A stretch of 64,000 bases of DNA from Candidatus Daviesbacteria bacterium (GCA_016186955.1 JACPKP010000003.1:258290-322289); one strand, 5' to 3'; shown: positions 9,683-18,194, counted from the stretch's first letter. The notes: generated from the letters alone by a model not told the origin. Numbers and translations: made by a program.

Positions 9683-9952
9683 TTACAATGCCGAGGTGGC
9701 TTTTTGATCTATATTATTTACTCTTTTCTCTAAATTATCGAATTCATCCCTGGTTGGGGTATCATCCTCCAAATATGCAAATTGTTTACCCAGTTTGTCT
9801 ATTCTAGCTGTTAGATTTTTTTCTACCTGATCCAACTTTATATCCAAACCACCTACTTTTTTGTCAACTTTATCAATTTTGTTTAGTAATTCCTGTTGAA
9901 GGGCGCTTTAACCATTAATAATAACCTGAAGCATTTTTTGAGTGTCATTCAT
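9683..9952 (-). pseudogene. Small coiled-coil protein with an internal stop
   Basis: MNDTQKMLQVIING*SALQQELLNKIDK...EDDTPTRDEFDNLEKRV...SAL; in-frame TAA at codon 15. Confidence 0.75.
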
Positions 9953-10034
9953 TACACAGAAAGTATATATTGATAAATAGTTATTTTCAATTACCAAATA
10001 TACAAACATTATCTCAAATATGGATAAAGCAGGC

Positions 10035-10116
10035 CCCTAAGCACTACGTGGGCGAAGCCGCATTTGACGCGGGGGTAGGTGGGCAGATTACAATCCTGAG
10101 CTTGCCGAAAGACTTA
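10035..10116. repeat. Composite junction repeat
   Basis: CCCTAAGCACTACGTGGGCGA (cf. 9459-9479) plus TGGGCAGATTACAATCCTGAGCTTGCCG (identical to 8920-8947). Confidence 0.85.
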
Positions 10117-10146
10117 GTTTGTACCCAACTACCAGAATTCAAACCT

Positions 10147-10842
10147 TTAAAACATCATTAGTTTTCTAGCACGTTCAAAGTCACCTTGAGTATTCAAATG
10201 CTGGGCTGCTAAAACTATGGCTGTAGTGATTTTAGGATCAACTCCTATTCTGGGAAATTCCGGATTAAGGCGGTTTTGCATGATTGTAGACGTAAAAAGT
10301 AAAACTTCGTCAATCGGTATTGTGAAGGGGATTATTAGTTCACCCCTATCTAATTTCTGTTGACTTACATCAAATTCAATCCCATCCGCAAAATAGAAAT
10401 AAGTTTCCTGAGGAGATCTACCAGCCAAAACCGGGCCTATGCCGAGCTGAACCACTGATAATTTACCGGAAGCTCCAAGTTCATCCTTTAATTCCTGAAG
10501 CGCATTAATCATTGGTTTTCCGTTTTCAACAGAATCTGCTGGGAGTTCAACCTGATAAAGTCTCTCCAGTCCAGGGCGCAACTGGAGTAAAAGAATCACA
10601 TTGCCTTGTGGAGTTAGAGCAAACACGTAAGAACCATCCCCATCCTTTAGTATTGACCGATCGCTTCTTTGGACCCTTCCACCTAAAGTGGCATCATACA
10701 CAACCTGTCTCACCGGTCTCCATTTACTGGCTGTCTGAAGAACATCATCGGTTATAACTGAGTAACCAAATTCAGGTATTCTTGTTTCTAAACTGCTTAC
10801 TACTGCAAGGATGTGTTGTTCCCTCTCAGAGGTAAAATTCAT
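10147..10842 (-). CDS. NUDIX hydrolase (ADP-ribose pyrophosphatase-like), degenerate box
   Basis: LQLRPG...ELPADSVE...ALQELKDELG; QKLDRGELI resembles the NudF C-terminal motif. Confidence 0.75.
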   Translation of the reverse strand: MNFTSEREQHILAVVSSLETRIPEFGYSVITDDVLQTASKWRPVRQVVYDATLGGRVQRSDRSILKDGDGSYVFALTPQGNVILLLQLRPGLERLYQVELPADSVENGKPMINALQELKDELGASGKLSVVQLGIGPVLAGRSPQETYFYFADGIEFDVSQQKLDRGELIIPFTIPIDEVLLFTSTIMQNRLNPEFPRIGVDPKITTAIVLAAQHLNTQGDFERARKLMMF

Positions 10843-10885
10843 TGTTTAATTATACATTATCAAATAGTGAATTCAATCCTTGGTG

Positions 10886-10958
10886 GGTGGCTGACGGGTA
10901 ATGCTCCCGCTGCCTCCTGTTCCACAAACAGGCGTTCTACTTTTGAACTACAGCCACC
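10886..10958 (-). tRNA. tRNA-His(GUG) with atypical D- and T-loops
   Basis: Cloverleaf: G-1 + GTGGCTG/CAGCCAC with C73, D stem GTTC/GAAC, anticodon arm CCTGT-TTGTGGA-ACAGG, T stem GCGGG/CCCGT. Confidence 0.85.
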
Positions 10959-11016
10959 AATCGGAGGAAACTTCAACTGATTAAGACGCGAAGCGTCATA
11001 AAAGTTTCCAAGATCG

Positions 11017-11052
11017 CCTGCCCGCCTAAATTTCAATTTTGGCGGGACAGGG
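11017..11052. repeat. REP-like hairpin upstream of tRNA-His
   Basis: CCTGCCCGCCTAAA...TTTTGGCGGGACAGG. Confidence 0.55.
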
Positions 11053-11093
11053 GTAAACACTTGCCACCCAACTAATTTTACCAGCTTTGGAAT

Positions 11094-12026
11094 TTAAATG
11101 CCAAAAGGGGAATTTTTTTCAAAAGCTTTGGAAAAAGCATTGTTTTTGCCCAAAAAGGCATTGGCGGTTTTGCCAACAGTTGGTATGACCACAAAATCCA
11201 AAAAACCCCGGCATTTTTTTGCCAGTTCATGGTCCTGCCCGATAATCTGTATCCCTGAACCGGGGTTTGCCGCCTCCATCTCCTCCCTTAAATTTTTCAG
11301 GAGAGTGGGGAAGTAATCAACCCTGGCGACTTGGCCACCTAAGTCAGCAAGTTGAACCGATAAAGCCACAATCATTGCATCCTTTTTTTCCTCAGGCGTT
11401 TTAAAATTATCCAGAAGCTTTTGCCTTTCCATTTTTCTTTCTTCAGTAAAGGGAAAATAGGTGTTATGAATTCCGATTGTCCCCAGCTTGATGACCTTTT
11501 CTTTATCAATTCCCTCAGGCAGCCCTAAAAAATTAACAGCTTGCTGAAAAGTTTTTTTGCTTGCTTCAACATGCACCGGAGTTAATGCAGCATAATTTTG
11601 AGGGTTTTTTTCTGCTGTTACATACCCGGTGTCATAGTAAAGTGCACCTAAAACTATCGCCAGCATCCCTTCTAAGGTTAAATTTTTTGACAAAAAATCA
11701 TGCCTCATCATAATCCCTCTTGCCACCTGTACGGCGTCAAACCCTGCCTGATAAACTGCATGATGTTTATTGTGGTAATACAAATTTGCAGACTTCCCAT
11801 CCAAAATCCTGCTGATTGCCTCTTTAGAAAACAGAGCTGTTGCAAAATCAAAATACTGAAGGATGATTGCAATAAGTTCGGTTTTAGGACTTTGCGGGTT
11901 TTCAATTAATAAGCAGAATCTTAGGAGCGCACTTTTAAAGTGGGAGGTTATGATTTCATAATCCTCCTTGTAAGCATCCCCGTAATGGCCAAGTCCAAGA
12001 ATTTTTTCTTTGTTTTCTTTGTTCAT
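11094..12026 (-). CDS. HD/PDEase-superfamily phosphohydrolase-like protein with HD changed to YD
   Basis: YHNKHH...ALYYDTGY...HVEAS...ADLGGQ pattern. Confidence 0.7.
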   Translation of the reverse strand: MNKENKEKILGLGHYGDAYKEDYEIITSHFKSALLRFCLLIENPQSPKTELIAIILQYFDFATALFSKEAISRILDGKSANLYYHNKHHAVYQAGFDAVQVARGIMMRHDFLSKNLTLEGMLAIVLGALYYDTGYVTAEKNPQNYAALTPVHVEASKKTFQQAVNFLGLPEGIDKEKVIKLGTIGIHNTYFPFTEERKMERQKLLDNFKTPEEKKDAMIVALSVQLADLGGQVARVDYFPTLLKNLREEMEAANPGSGIQIIGQDHELAKKCRGFLDFVVIPTVGKTANAFLGKNNAFSKAFEKNSPFGI

Positions 12027-12077
12027 GAGTAGATATTAGGATAAGTGAAGTTTAAGTTCTGTTCTTTGGGGAACAAA

Positions 12078-12722
12078 TTATTTTATGCGGATTTTACGGT
12101 GAGAGAGGATGATTTTACCTTCCTTTTGCAGTTTATCAAGCATTTCAGTCACCCTGGCCCTGGTTGCACCGATAATCTCTGCCAGCTCTTCATGGGAAAG
12201 GGTAATTCCACTTCCGGGAAAATAGCCGGAAAGGGTTTTTAAGGCTTTCCAGGTTCTTTCTTCAAGGTTTTTTGAAAATAAATCCTTCATCTGCTCTCCT
12301 GTTTTGCGCAGCCTTGCGGATAAAACCTTAAGCAGGGATAGGGCAATGTCAGGATGGTTTAGTAGAATCTGTTTGAAACTTATCCTGTTTAAAACAAACA
12401 CATCGGTAGGTTGCATAGTTTCTACACTTGCAGAGCGTGGCTGTTCATCCAAAAATGCCATCTCACCCAAAATTTCTCCAGGTCCACAGATTGCCAAAGT
12501 AACTTCCTCACCTTCCTCAGTCAACCTGTAAACCCTGACGCTGCCTTTTGTAATAAAAAATATCTCACCGCTGTTATTGCCCTGTTCTATAAAAACCCTT
12601 TTTTCGGGTAGCTTTATTTCCCGAACAGTCTCTGCAATAATTTTAACTGCATTTTGAGGCAGGTTTCTGAACAGAGGCAGCGAGCTGATAATCTCCTCTT
12701 TTGTTAAAGATGTCATAAGCAT
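12078..12722 (-). CDS. Crp/Fnr family cNMP-binding transcriptional regulator
   Basis: Phosphate-binding cassette GEMAFLDEQPRSASV; HTH LSHEELAEIIGATRARVT. Confidence 0.95.
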   Translation of the reverse strand: MLMTSLTKEEIISSLPLFRNLPQNAVKIIAETVREIKLPEKRVFIEQGNNSGEIFFITKGSVRVYRLTEEGEEVTLAICGPGEILGEMAFLDEQPRSASVETMQPTDVFVLNRISFKQILLNHPDIALSLLKVLSARLRKTGEQMKDLFSKNLEERTWKALKTLSGYFPGSGITLSHEELAEIIGATRARVTEMLDKLQKEGKIILSHRKIRIK

Positions 12723-12744
12723 TGCCAGTTTATTCTATACAGTC

Positions 12745-14493
12745 TTAGTTTAAAAACGGCAGTAACTTCCAGAGTTCTACCGGGTGCAGTATTGCTGATG
12801 GGATGTCCGGCTGCAGGGCGCCAAAATCCAGGGTGTTAATCCCCGAAGAAACCCTGCGCCTGATTGTTTTAGGTTTGTAGTAAGGCTTACTCAGCGTAAA
12901 ATCAAAGGTATAGTCAGGAAGAAGTGTTGTTTCGATCTCCTGAGAATTACCTAATGCCGACAATTGGATATTTTTTAGGATTTCACCCATTACACCTACA
13001 ACCTTCAGTGCGTAATTGCCTGCAAAATTTTTCTTCCAGTCAAGCGAGGAGTGAAGTTTCAAGATAACGGGCGCTTTGACCTGTGTTAAAAATTCAAAAG
13101 GCGGGCTGTCAAACTGTTGAGCGCCGCTAAAAAGCGTAAGTTTGACATTAAACGACCCGGAATTCGGCGCCTTTAAAGAAACATTAAAAGTATGCTGTTG
13201 CCCCGGCTCAACTTTTTGCTCCTTAGGAATCATAACATCTTCTATTCCAAGTTCTTTGCCTCCCTCAGCTGCCGAAAGCCTTACTTGAGCGTATTCATTC
13301 CAGATAGATTGGCCGGTATTTTTTACAGTGATGGGAATGTTGTATTCCTCCTTTAAGACAATGGTTGTATAAATCCCGCCTGAGGTAATTTCAGCTTTAT
13401 TTTCCTGCACAGGCCTGCCGGCTGTTTTCTCCAAATCCTTGATGGTTTCAAATTGCGGGTAGTATTCGGGGAACGCAGCTCCCAGGATTTTTTGGGGTTG
13501 TTTTTCACCGGTCAGTTTTTTAAATGAAAAGTGGTCAAAGGGGACCTCCTGATAATTTAAGAGAAAGGGTGTAATTGCTACAATATCAGCATTTGTCCAG
13601 GCGTTTGTAAATGCCTGTTTGTAATACCCGGCTGCAGTCTCAACCGGGGGGAGGGATTTATCATACACTACCCCCTCAGCATGCTGCCAGCCGGTTTCCG
13701 TAATAAAAACCGGAAGTTTTTTATTTACCCCAAGCTCAGCCAGTTTTTGCAGTTCCCATTGCCATGTTCTGACGGAGCCTTTTCCGAAGCCGTTCGGCGA
13801 ACCTACAAAGCCGGGGTTGGGGTATGAATGTGAAGCCCAGCCATCCAGCTTTTCAAAAATCCCGGGTACTGCTTCTTCCATTTTCTGCAAAAAGAGATTC
13901 TCGTCAAAATAATTAGGCGGGTTAAAAGGCGCCGAAGCGTCAAAACCGGCGTTTAAGACAAAAAAATCATCGCTTTTAAGCTTTAAGGCAGTGATTGTTT
14001 TATCAAGTATCCTGGCATAATCATCAGGATCTACACGGTTGCCCCATTCTTTGGCCTGGTTAGGTTCGTTATAAATAATGACGTAACGGTTTTTGACAGG
14101 CCAGTTAAGTTTACCCAAAAATGAGGCCCAGGCCTCTTCTTCGCCCTCATACGGCCTTTTCCAGAAACTTTTTTCAGGCTGGGTGGCAAGCCTGACCAAA
14201 GGGATCAGATGTCTATGCCTAAGATTATTAAAAAAAGCCTGCCACTTATTGACATCCCTGTCTTTGCTCTCGGCCAAAACTGTAATATAACCCCAATCGC
14301 CCCCGGACGAGTTAACCAGTGTAGCCGCAGGAGAGGCTTCATGGTCAGTTGCTGAGATGATATGGATGCCGAATTTGTTATTGGGGACAGAAAGAGGGTC
14401 ATAGATGGCATGGATGGGAGTGTAAAATGCAAAGAGAAAAGTGAAAAGTAAAAAACCGGATAGCAGAAATTTTGCAAACCTCATCTTTTGCAT
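12745..14493 (-). CDS. Secreted clan GH-A-like glycoside hydrolase with Ig-like C-terminal domains
   Basis: Signal peptide, YNEPN acid/base, SHSYP, ITETGW nucleophile, VKNTGQSIW Ig-like motif. Confidence 0.75.
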   Translation of the reverse strand: MQKMRFAKFLLSGFLLFTFLFAFYTPIHAIYDPLSVPNNKFGIHIISATDHEASPAATLVNSSGGDWGYITVLAESKDRDVNKWQAFFNNLRHRHLIPLVRLATQPEKSFWKRPYEGEEEAWASFLGKLNWPVKNRYVIIYNEPNQAKEWGNRVDPDDYARILDKTITALKLKSDDFFVLNAGFDASAPFNPPNYFDENLFLQKMEEAVPGIFEKLDGWASHSYPNPGFVGSPNGFGKGSVRTWQWELQKLAELGVNKKLPVFITETGWQHAEGVVYDKSLPPVETAAGYYKQAFTNAWTNADIVAITPFLLNYQEVPFDHFSFKKLTGEKQPQKILGAAFPEYYPQFETIKDLEKTAGRPVQENKAEITSGGIYTTIVLKEEYNIPITVKNTGQSIWNEYAQVRLSAAEGGKELGIEDVMIPKEQKVEPGQQHTFNVSLKAPNSGSFNVKLTLFSGAQQFDSPPFEFLTQVKAPVILKLHSSLDWKKNFAGNYALKVVGVMGEILKNIQLSALGNSQEIETTLLPDYTFDFTLSKPYYKPKTIRRRVSSGINTLDFGALQPDIPSAILHPVELWKLLPFLN

Positions 14494-14543
14494 TTTAACA
14501 CGGATGTTGATTTTTTTCTAAACTTATAGTAAAATTTAAAACT

Positions 14544-15434
14544 ATGATTGAGCGGTATCCTAATAAAAGGATTAATGATGATTATTTTAATATTTCAGAG
14601 ATAAGACCATTGACAAAAAAGCATGAGGAAAATATAACTCCTTCTTATCTGTTTGCGGTAGAGAACTATACGCCTATTCCTTATATCCCGAGAAGGATTG
14701 AGCCGGTGATGCCACCGCCTCAACCTCCTCCGGTTCGGGAGTGGTTTTCGCAGGGATGGGCAGCATACTTACTAGCCAATCCCGAGTATACTCATTCTGT
14801 GGATTCTGGATCCTGGCCTATTGTAGAATTCTTTAGCAGGACTTTGATGTCAGATATGAGAATTGCTATGGGGATAACCCCCTCAGAAAGGGTCTATGCA
14901 GGCAGGTGGTATGGCCAGGGATATGCACCTACCTGTAGTCCGTGGTCCCTTGTGAATGCATGCAGCGTAGCGGGTATAGAACTTCCTTCCCGCTTTGTGG
15001 CAAAGATACTTAATTTAGCTTTCGAAGATGGATATGCGCTGGAATCTTTGGCTGATTTGACAGTTACAGCCGGGGTGGATATGAAAAAGCTGTTGCTATC
15101 TCTGGTGGGGATTAGGCATGAGTATGAACCAATGTCTACACCAGTGTATAATATTCGTTTAAAAACGAATGCGGTAGTTATAAAAAGACTGATAGACCAG
15201 AGGCATCCTCTTGTGCTTAGTGTAACAAGCAGATTGTTTTACCCGAGGCCAAATTCCTACTCACTATTCGGCTCTCATGCAATATGCATCAGCGGATACC
15301 AGGTAACAGGGGAGGGTTATTTTAATGTCCAGGTAATAGATTCAAACAACGGTATTGTTTGGATGTCACTTGAGCATCTATCCCAAGCGGTTCAAAGAGA
15401 AAGAACCTTCGGGATATCCAGGCTAATTGCTTAA
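14544..15434 (+). CDS. Papain-fold (C39-like) cysteine peptidase domain protein
   Basis: Q..PTCSPWSLVNA (Cys), SHAICISGY (His), VIDSN; Pro-rich N-terminus. Confidence 0.65.
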   Translation: MIERYPNKRINDDYFNISEIRPLTKKHEENITPSYLFAVENYTPIPYIPRRIEPVMPPPQPPPVREWFSQGWAAYLLANPEYTHSVDSGSWPIVEFFSRTLMSDMRIAMGITPSERVYAGRWYGQGYAPTCSPWSLVNACSVAGIELPSRFVAKILNLAFEDGYALESLADLTVTAGVDMKKLLLSLVGIRHEYEPMSTPVYNIRLKTNAVVIKRLIDQRHPLVLSVTSRLFYPRPNSYSLFGSHAICISGYQVTGEGYFNVQVIDSNNGIVWMSLEHLSQAVQRERTFGISRLIA

Positions 15435-15442
15435 ACTCTATA

Positions 15443-15471
15443 TTGACTTCGGGTAATATTCGGGTTATAAA
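15443..15471 (+). promoter_or_regulatory. Sigma70 promoter with an embedded TTCGG-N6-TTCGG direct repeat (candidate LexA box)
   Basis: TTGACT-N17-TATAAA with TTCGG at 15448-15452 and 15459-15463, upstream of the dinB locus. Confidence 0.75.
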
Positions 15472-15480
15472 TAAACTAAA

Positions 15481-15726
15481 ATGTTTGACCTTCATGAGCC
15501 TATCAATGTCTGGGTTTTTTTTAAGGGGACTGTGATACAGCCTTATCTGTTTTTTTGGAAAGGGAGACAAGTTAAGGTAGATAAAATAAACTTAGTACAT
15601 ACATCCCGTGATGACGGGTCAACTGTTTATCATTTTTCAGTTTCAGGCGGGGGGAATTTTTACCGGCTAAGGTTTGATTTAAAAAATTTAAAATGGTTTT
15701 TGGAAGCAGTAGAAGAATCGGATTGA
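15481..15726 (+). CDS. Small beta-rich protein upstream of dinB (DUF6504-like)
   Basis: P..F.WKGR...YRLRFD....W.L pattern seen in small proteins linked to Y-family polymerases. Confidence 0.7.
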   Translation: MFDLHEPINVWVFFKGTVIQPYLFFWKGRQVKVDKINLVHTSRDDGSTVYHFSVSGGGNFYRLRFDLKNLKWFLEAVEESD

Positions 15727-15820
15727 GCGAAACAACAATTATAATTAAAACTAATTGTTGTAAGCGAAGGAGATCGCTTGCAAAAATTGTCTAAATGACA
15801 CTTTTTGACAAGGGCAACAC

Positions 15821-17161
15821 ATGAGAACCATTTTGCATATTGATTTTAACAGCTATTTTGCAACAGTTGAGCAACAGGCAAATCCCAGACTGAGGGGTAA
15901 ACCCATCGGTGTTACAGGCGGGGACAGAATGGAAAGGACTGTTTTGGGGGCAGCATCTGTTGAGGCAAAGAGACTTGGGGTGAAAACAGGTATGCCTATT
16001 TGGGAAGCTCAAAAACTTTGTCCTGATTTGATTTTAGTGAGAGGTGACTCTGATAAATATTTAGAATGCACCAAAAGGTTTTTAAATATTTTAAAAGATT
16101 ATTCCCCCAAACTTGAAGTTTTTTCTATTGATGAGGTGTTTTTGGAAACAGAATCCGGGAAATATAACTTCTTTCTTGACTCTGGACTCTTGCAACTTGC
16201 TACTCAGATCAAATCCCGCATCCGCTCAGAAATAGGCGAGTGGATTACCTGTTCTGTAGGGATTTCTTATAACAAACTGATGGCAAAGTTGGCAGGGTCC
16301 CTGTACAAACCTGATGGGTTGGCAGTCATCGCAGATGAAACTGCTGCTATGGTGGTTTTGGACAGGATTGAGCTTGATGAGATTTGCGGGATCGGCCCGG
16401 GAATTAAAAAAAGGCTAAACAACATGGGGGTTTTCAGTTTTAAGGCTTTAAGGGGAGTACCTTTGGATAGCTTGCTGGCCTCTTTTAAAAGTTACGGACA
16501 AACACTTTATAACATGGCCCGGGGAATTGATAACACCCCGCTTGTGCCTTTTTATGAAAAGGAAGAAGTAAAATCCATCGGACACAGGCATACTTTAGAT
16601 CAGGATACAGGGGATTTGGTAGGGATAAAACAGGCGCTTTTAAAGTTGGCGGAGCTGGTGGCAAGAAGGTTGCGTGCCAAAAGATTGGCGGGGAAAACAA
16701 TACACCTGTGGTACCGCTCGGCATTCCAATCCCAGTTTCACCCCCGGGGTGTCTTACACTATGCCCACCCCGGGGGTGAATTTGCAGGCGGGGGCATGCA
16801 GACAACAATACCATACACCAATGATGGGTTGGAGATTTTTCAAAATACCTGGAGAGTGTTTTTGCAAATTTGGGATAGGGAAAAAATCAGGATGGTGGGA
16901 GTGTCTGTTTCTAACCTGAAATCGGAAAGCCCCAAAAACCTGAGCCTTTTGGAGGAAGATCAAAAAAATGAACAGATCATGAATGTTTTGGATAAGATAA
17001 ATGATAGGTTTGGGGAATTCACCCTGGAGCGTGCGGCACTTCTATCATCACCCAAAGTTTGCAGGAAGCCCAACCCCTTTCTGTCTGACAGAAGGTTTAA
17101 ATTGTCAGATAATCAGGTAAAAGGGGATCGCCGATGTCTTTTAAGCACAGATTTGTTCTAG
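15821..17161 (+). CDS. dinB: DNA polymerase IV (Y family)
   Basis: HIDFNSYFATVE, SIDEVF, SVGISYNKLMAKLA, KPDG, GIGP, little-finger domain. Confidence 0.95.
   Translation: MRTILHIDFNSYFATVEQQANPRLRGKPIGVTGGDRMERTVLGAASVEAKRLGVKTGMPIWEAQKLCPDLILVRGDSDKYLECTKRFLNILKDYSPKLEVFSIDEVFLETESGKYNFFLDSGLLQLATQIKSRIRSEIGEWITCSVGISYNKLMAKLAGSLYKPDGLAVIADETAAMVVLDRIELDEICGIGPGIKKRLNNMGVFSFKALRGVPLDSLLASFKSYGQTLYNMARGIDNTPLVPFYEKEEVKSIGHRHTLDQDTGDLVGIKQALLKLAELVARRLRAKRLAGKTIHLWYRSAFQSQFHPRGVLHYAHPGGEFAGGGMQTTIPYTNDGLEIFQNTWRVFLQIWDREKIRMVGVSVSNLKSESPKNLSLLEEDQKNEQIMNVLDKINDRFGEFTLERAALLSSPKVCRKPNPFLSDRRFKLSDNQVKGDRRCLLSTDLF
16737..16780. repeat. Intragenic palindrome within dinB
   Basis: TTCACCCCCGGGGTG-N14-CACCCCGGGGGTGAA, perfect 15-bp stem. 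Confidence 0.85.
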
Positions 17162-17654
17162 CGATGCTTTTTTGCAGAATATCCGCATATCCCGGTAAAC
17201 TGACATTCGGATTTCTCAAGATAATCAAACCTCCTGTTGCGGGATTAGTCCGGATATTTTGACTCCATAGTGTAAAAAAAAGTACATAGGTACTGTATTG
17301 TCCATCCGGAAGATAGATTTTAGCGCCTGCCTGGTCAAATGTTTCCCTTGATAATGTAAGCAAATTACCTTTTACTTTTATAGCCCTTAAATCTTCAAAC
17401 AGCGGTAGAATATCCTCTATGATAAAAAGCGGCATGGGCATTTTCCAGCTGTAAATCGAGCCTCCAAAAATTTGCAGCTGGTTGTTGTTAGGTTTTTTCC
17501 AGGATGATTCAGACCCAATCTCAATACTTGATTGGACACTTTCAGGAGTAGTATCGTCATCAGCTCCGAGGTCTATCTCCAGGTCAGGCAGATTTTGCCG
17601 CATTAAGCGCTCAAAATCAAATTTTTCAGGTTCCTTAGAATCTTGTTCAGCCAT
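17097..17654 (-). CDS. Hypothetical protein
   Basis: ORF with acidic N-terminus; 3' end overlaps dinB by 65 bp. Confidence 0.6.
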   Translation of the reverse strand: MAEQDSKEPEKFDFERLMRQNLPDLEIDLGADDDTTPESVQSSIEIGSESSWKKPNNNQLQIFGGSIYSWKMPMPLFIIEDILPLFEDLRAIKVKGNLLTLSRETFDQAGAKIYLPDGQYSTYVLFFTLWSQNIRTNPATGGLIILRNPNVSLPGYADILQKSIARTNLCLKDIGDPLLPDYLTI

Positions 17655-17757
17655 AAAAATATTATACAAAAACCCATAGTTAAAAGCAAGTATTAAAAGA
17701 AACTGCTATCTTATAGTTTGACAAGGTCTTTAAATTATGGTATGTTTTCCACAGATT

Positions 17758-17970
17758 ATGCCTATACGCGAATATGAGTGTAAAAGTTGTGGTAAGGTTA
17801 TAGAGTTTCTTGAAAGCTTTTCTGAGGCACCAAAAACAATACATACCTTCTGCGGGGGTGAGTTAAAAAGGCTATTAAGCCTTTGCGCCCCTCCGGAATT
17901 TAAAGGAAAAGGCTTTTTCAGTACAGACTACAAAACATCAAAATCTGAGCCGAACATTTCGGATGCTTAA
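17758..17970 (+). CDS. FmdB family zinc-ribbon protein
   Basis: MPIREYECKSCG...HTFCGG...FKGKGFFSTDY. Confidence 0.88.
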   Translation: MPIREYECKSCGKVIEFLESFSEAPKTIHTFCGGELKRLLSLCAPPEFKGKGFFSTDYKTSKSEPNISDA

Positions 17971-18118
17971 TGCATGAACCTTTGAGCAACTGCGGCTTCG
18001 GAGGGACAATATGCCCTCGCCCTTTAGGCTCGAGCGAACCCCCAAAGTATAGCGCTGGCACCCCCAGAGGGATAGTATACCCACCATCTTCGATGGTGAA
18101 CGAACCCCCTTCGAGCAG

Positions 18119-18194
18119 TGGCGGCCCAGGAGGGATTCGAACCCCCAACCTAATGCTTAGAACGCACTCGCTCTATCCGTTGAGCTACTGGGCC
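18119..18194 (-). tRNA. tRNA-Arg(UCU)
   Basis: GGCCCAG/CTGGGCC acceptor, D-loop with GGA (A20), AGTGC-GTTCTAA-GCATT anticodon arm, TTCGAAT T-loop, encoded CCA. Confidence 0.95.

Noticed and set aside
8825-10116. CRISPR array or classical integron attC array
   Set aside because: Repeats are few, modular and separated by gene-sized gaps; there are no cas genes or integrase in the window and no clear RYYYAAC/GTTRRRY ends.
17097-17161. Functional C-terminal extension of DinB overlapping the convergent gene
   Set aside because: More simply explained as read-through after loss of the original stop when the neighbouring orphan arrived; no motif in the extension.
18119-18194. CTA in the anticodon loop suggesting an amber suppressor or Pyl tRNA
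   Set aside because: The 7-nt loop GTTCTAA centres on TCT; A20 and G73 fit tRNA-Arg.
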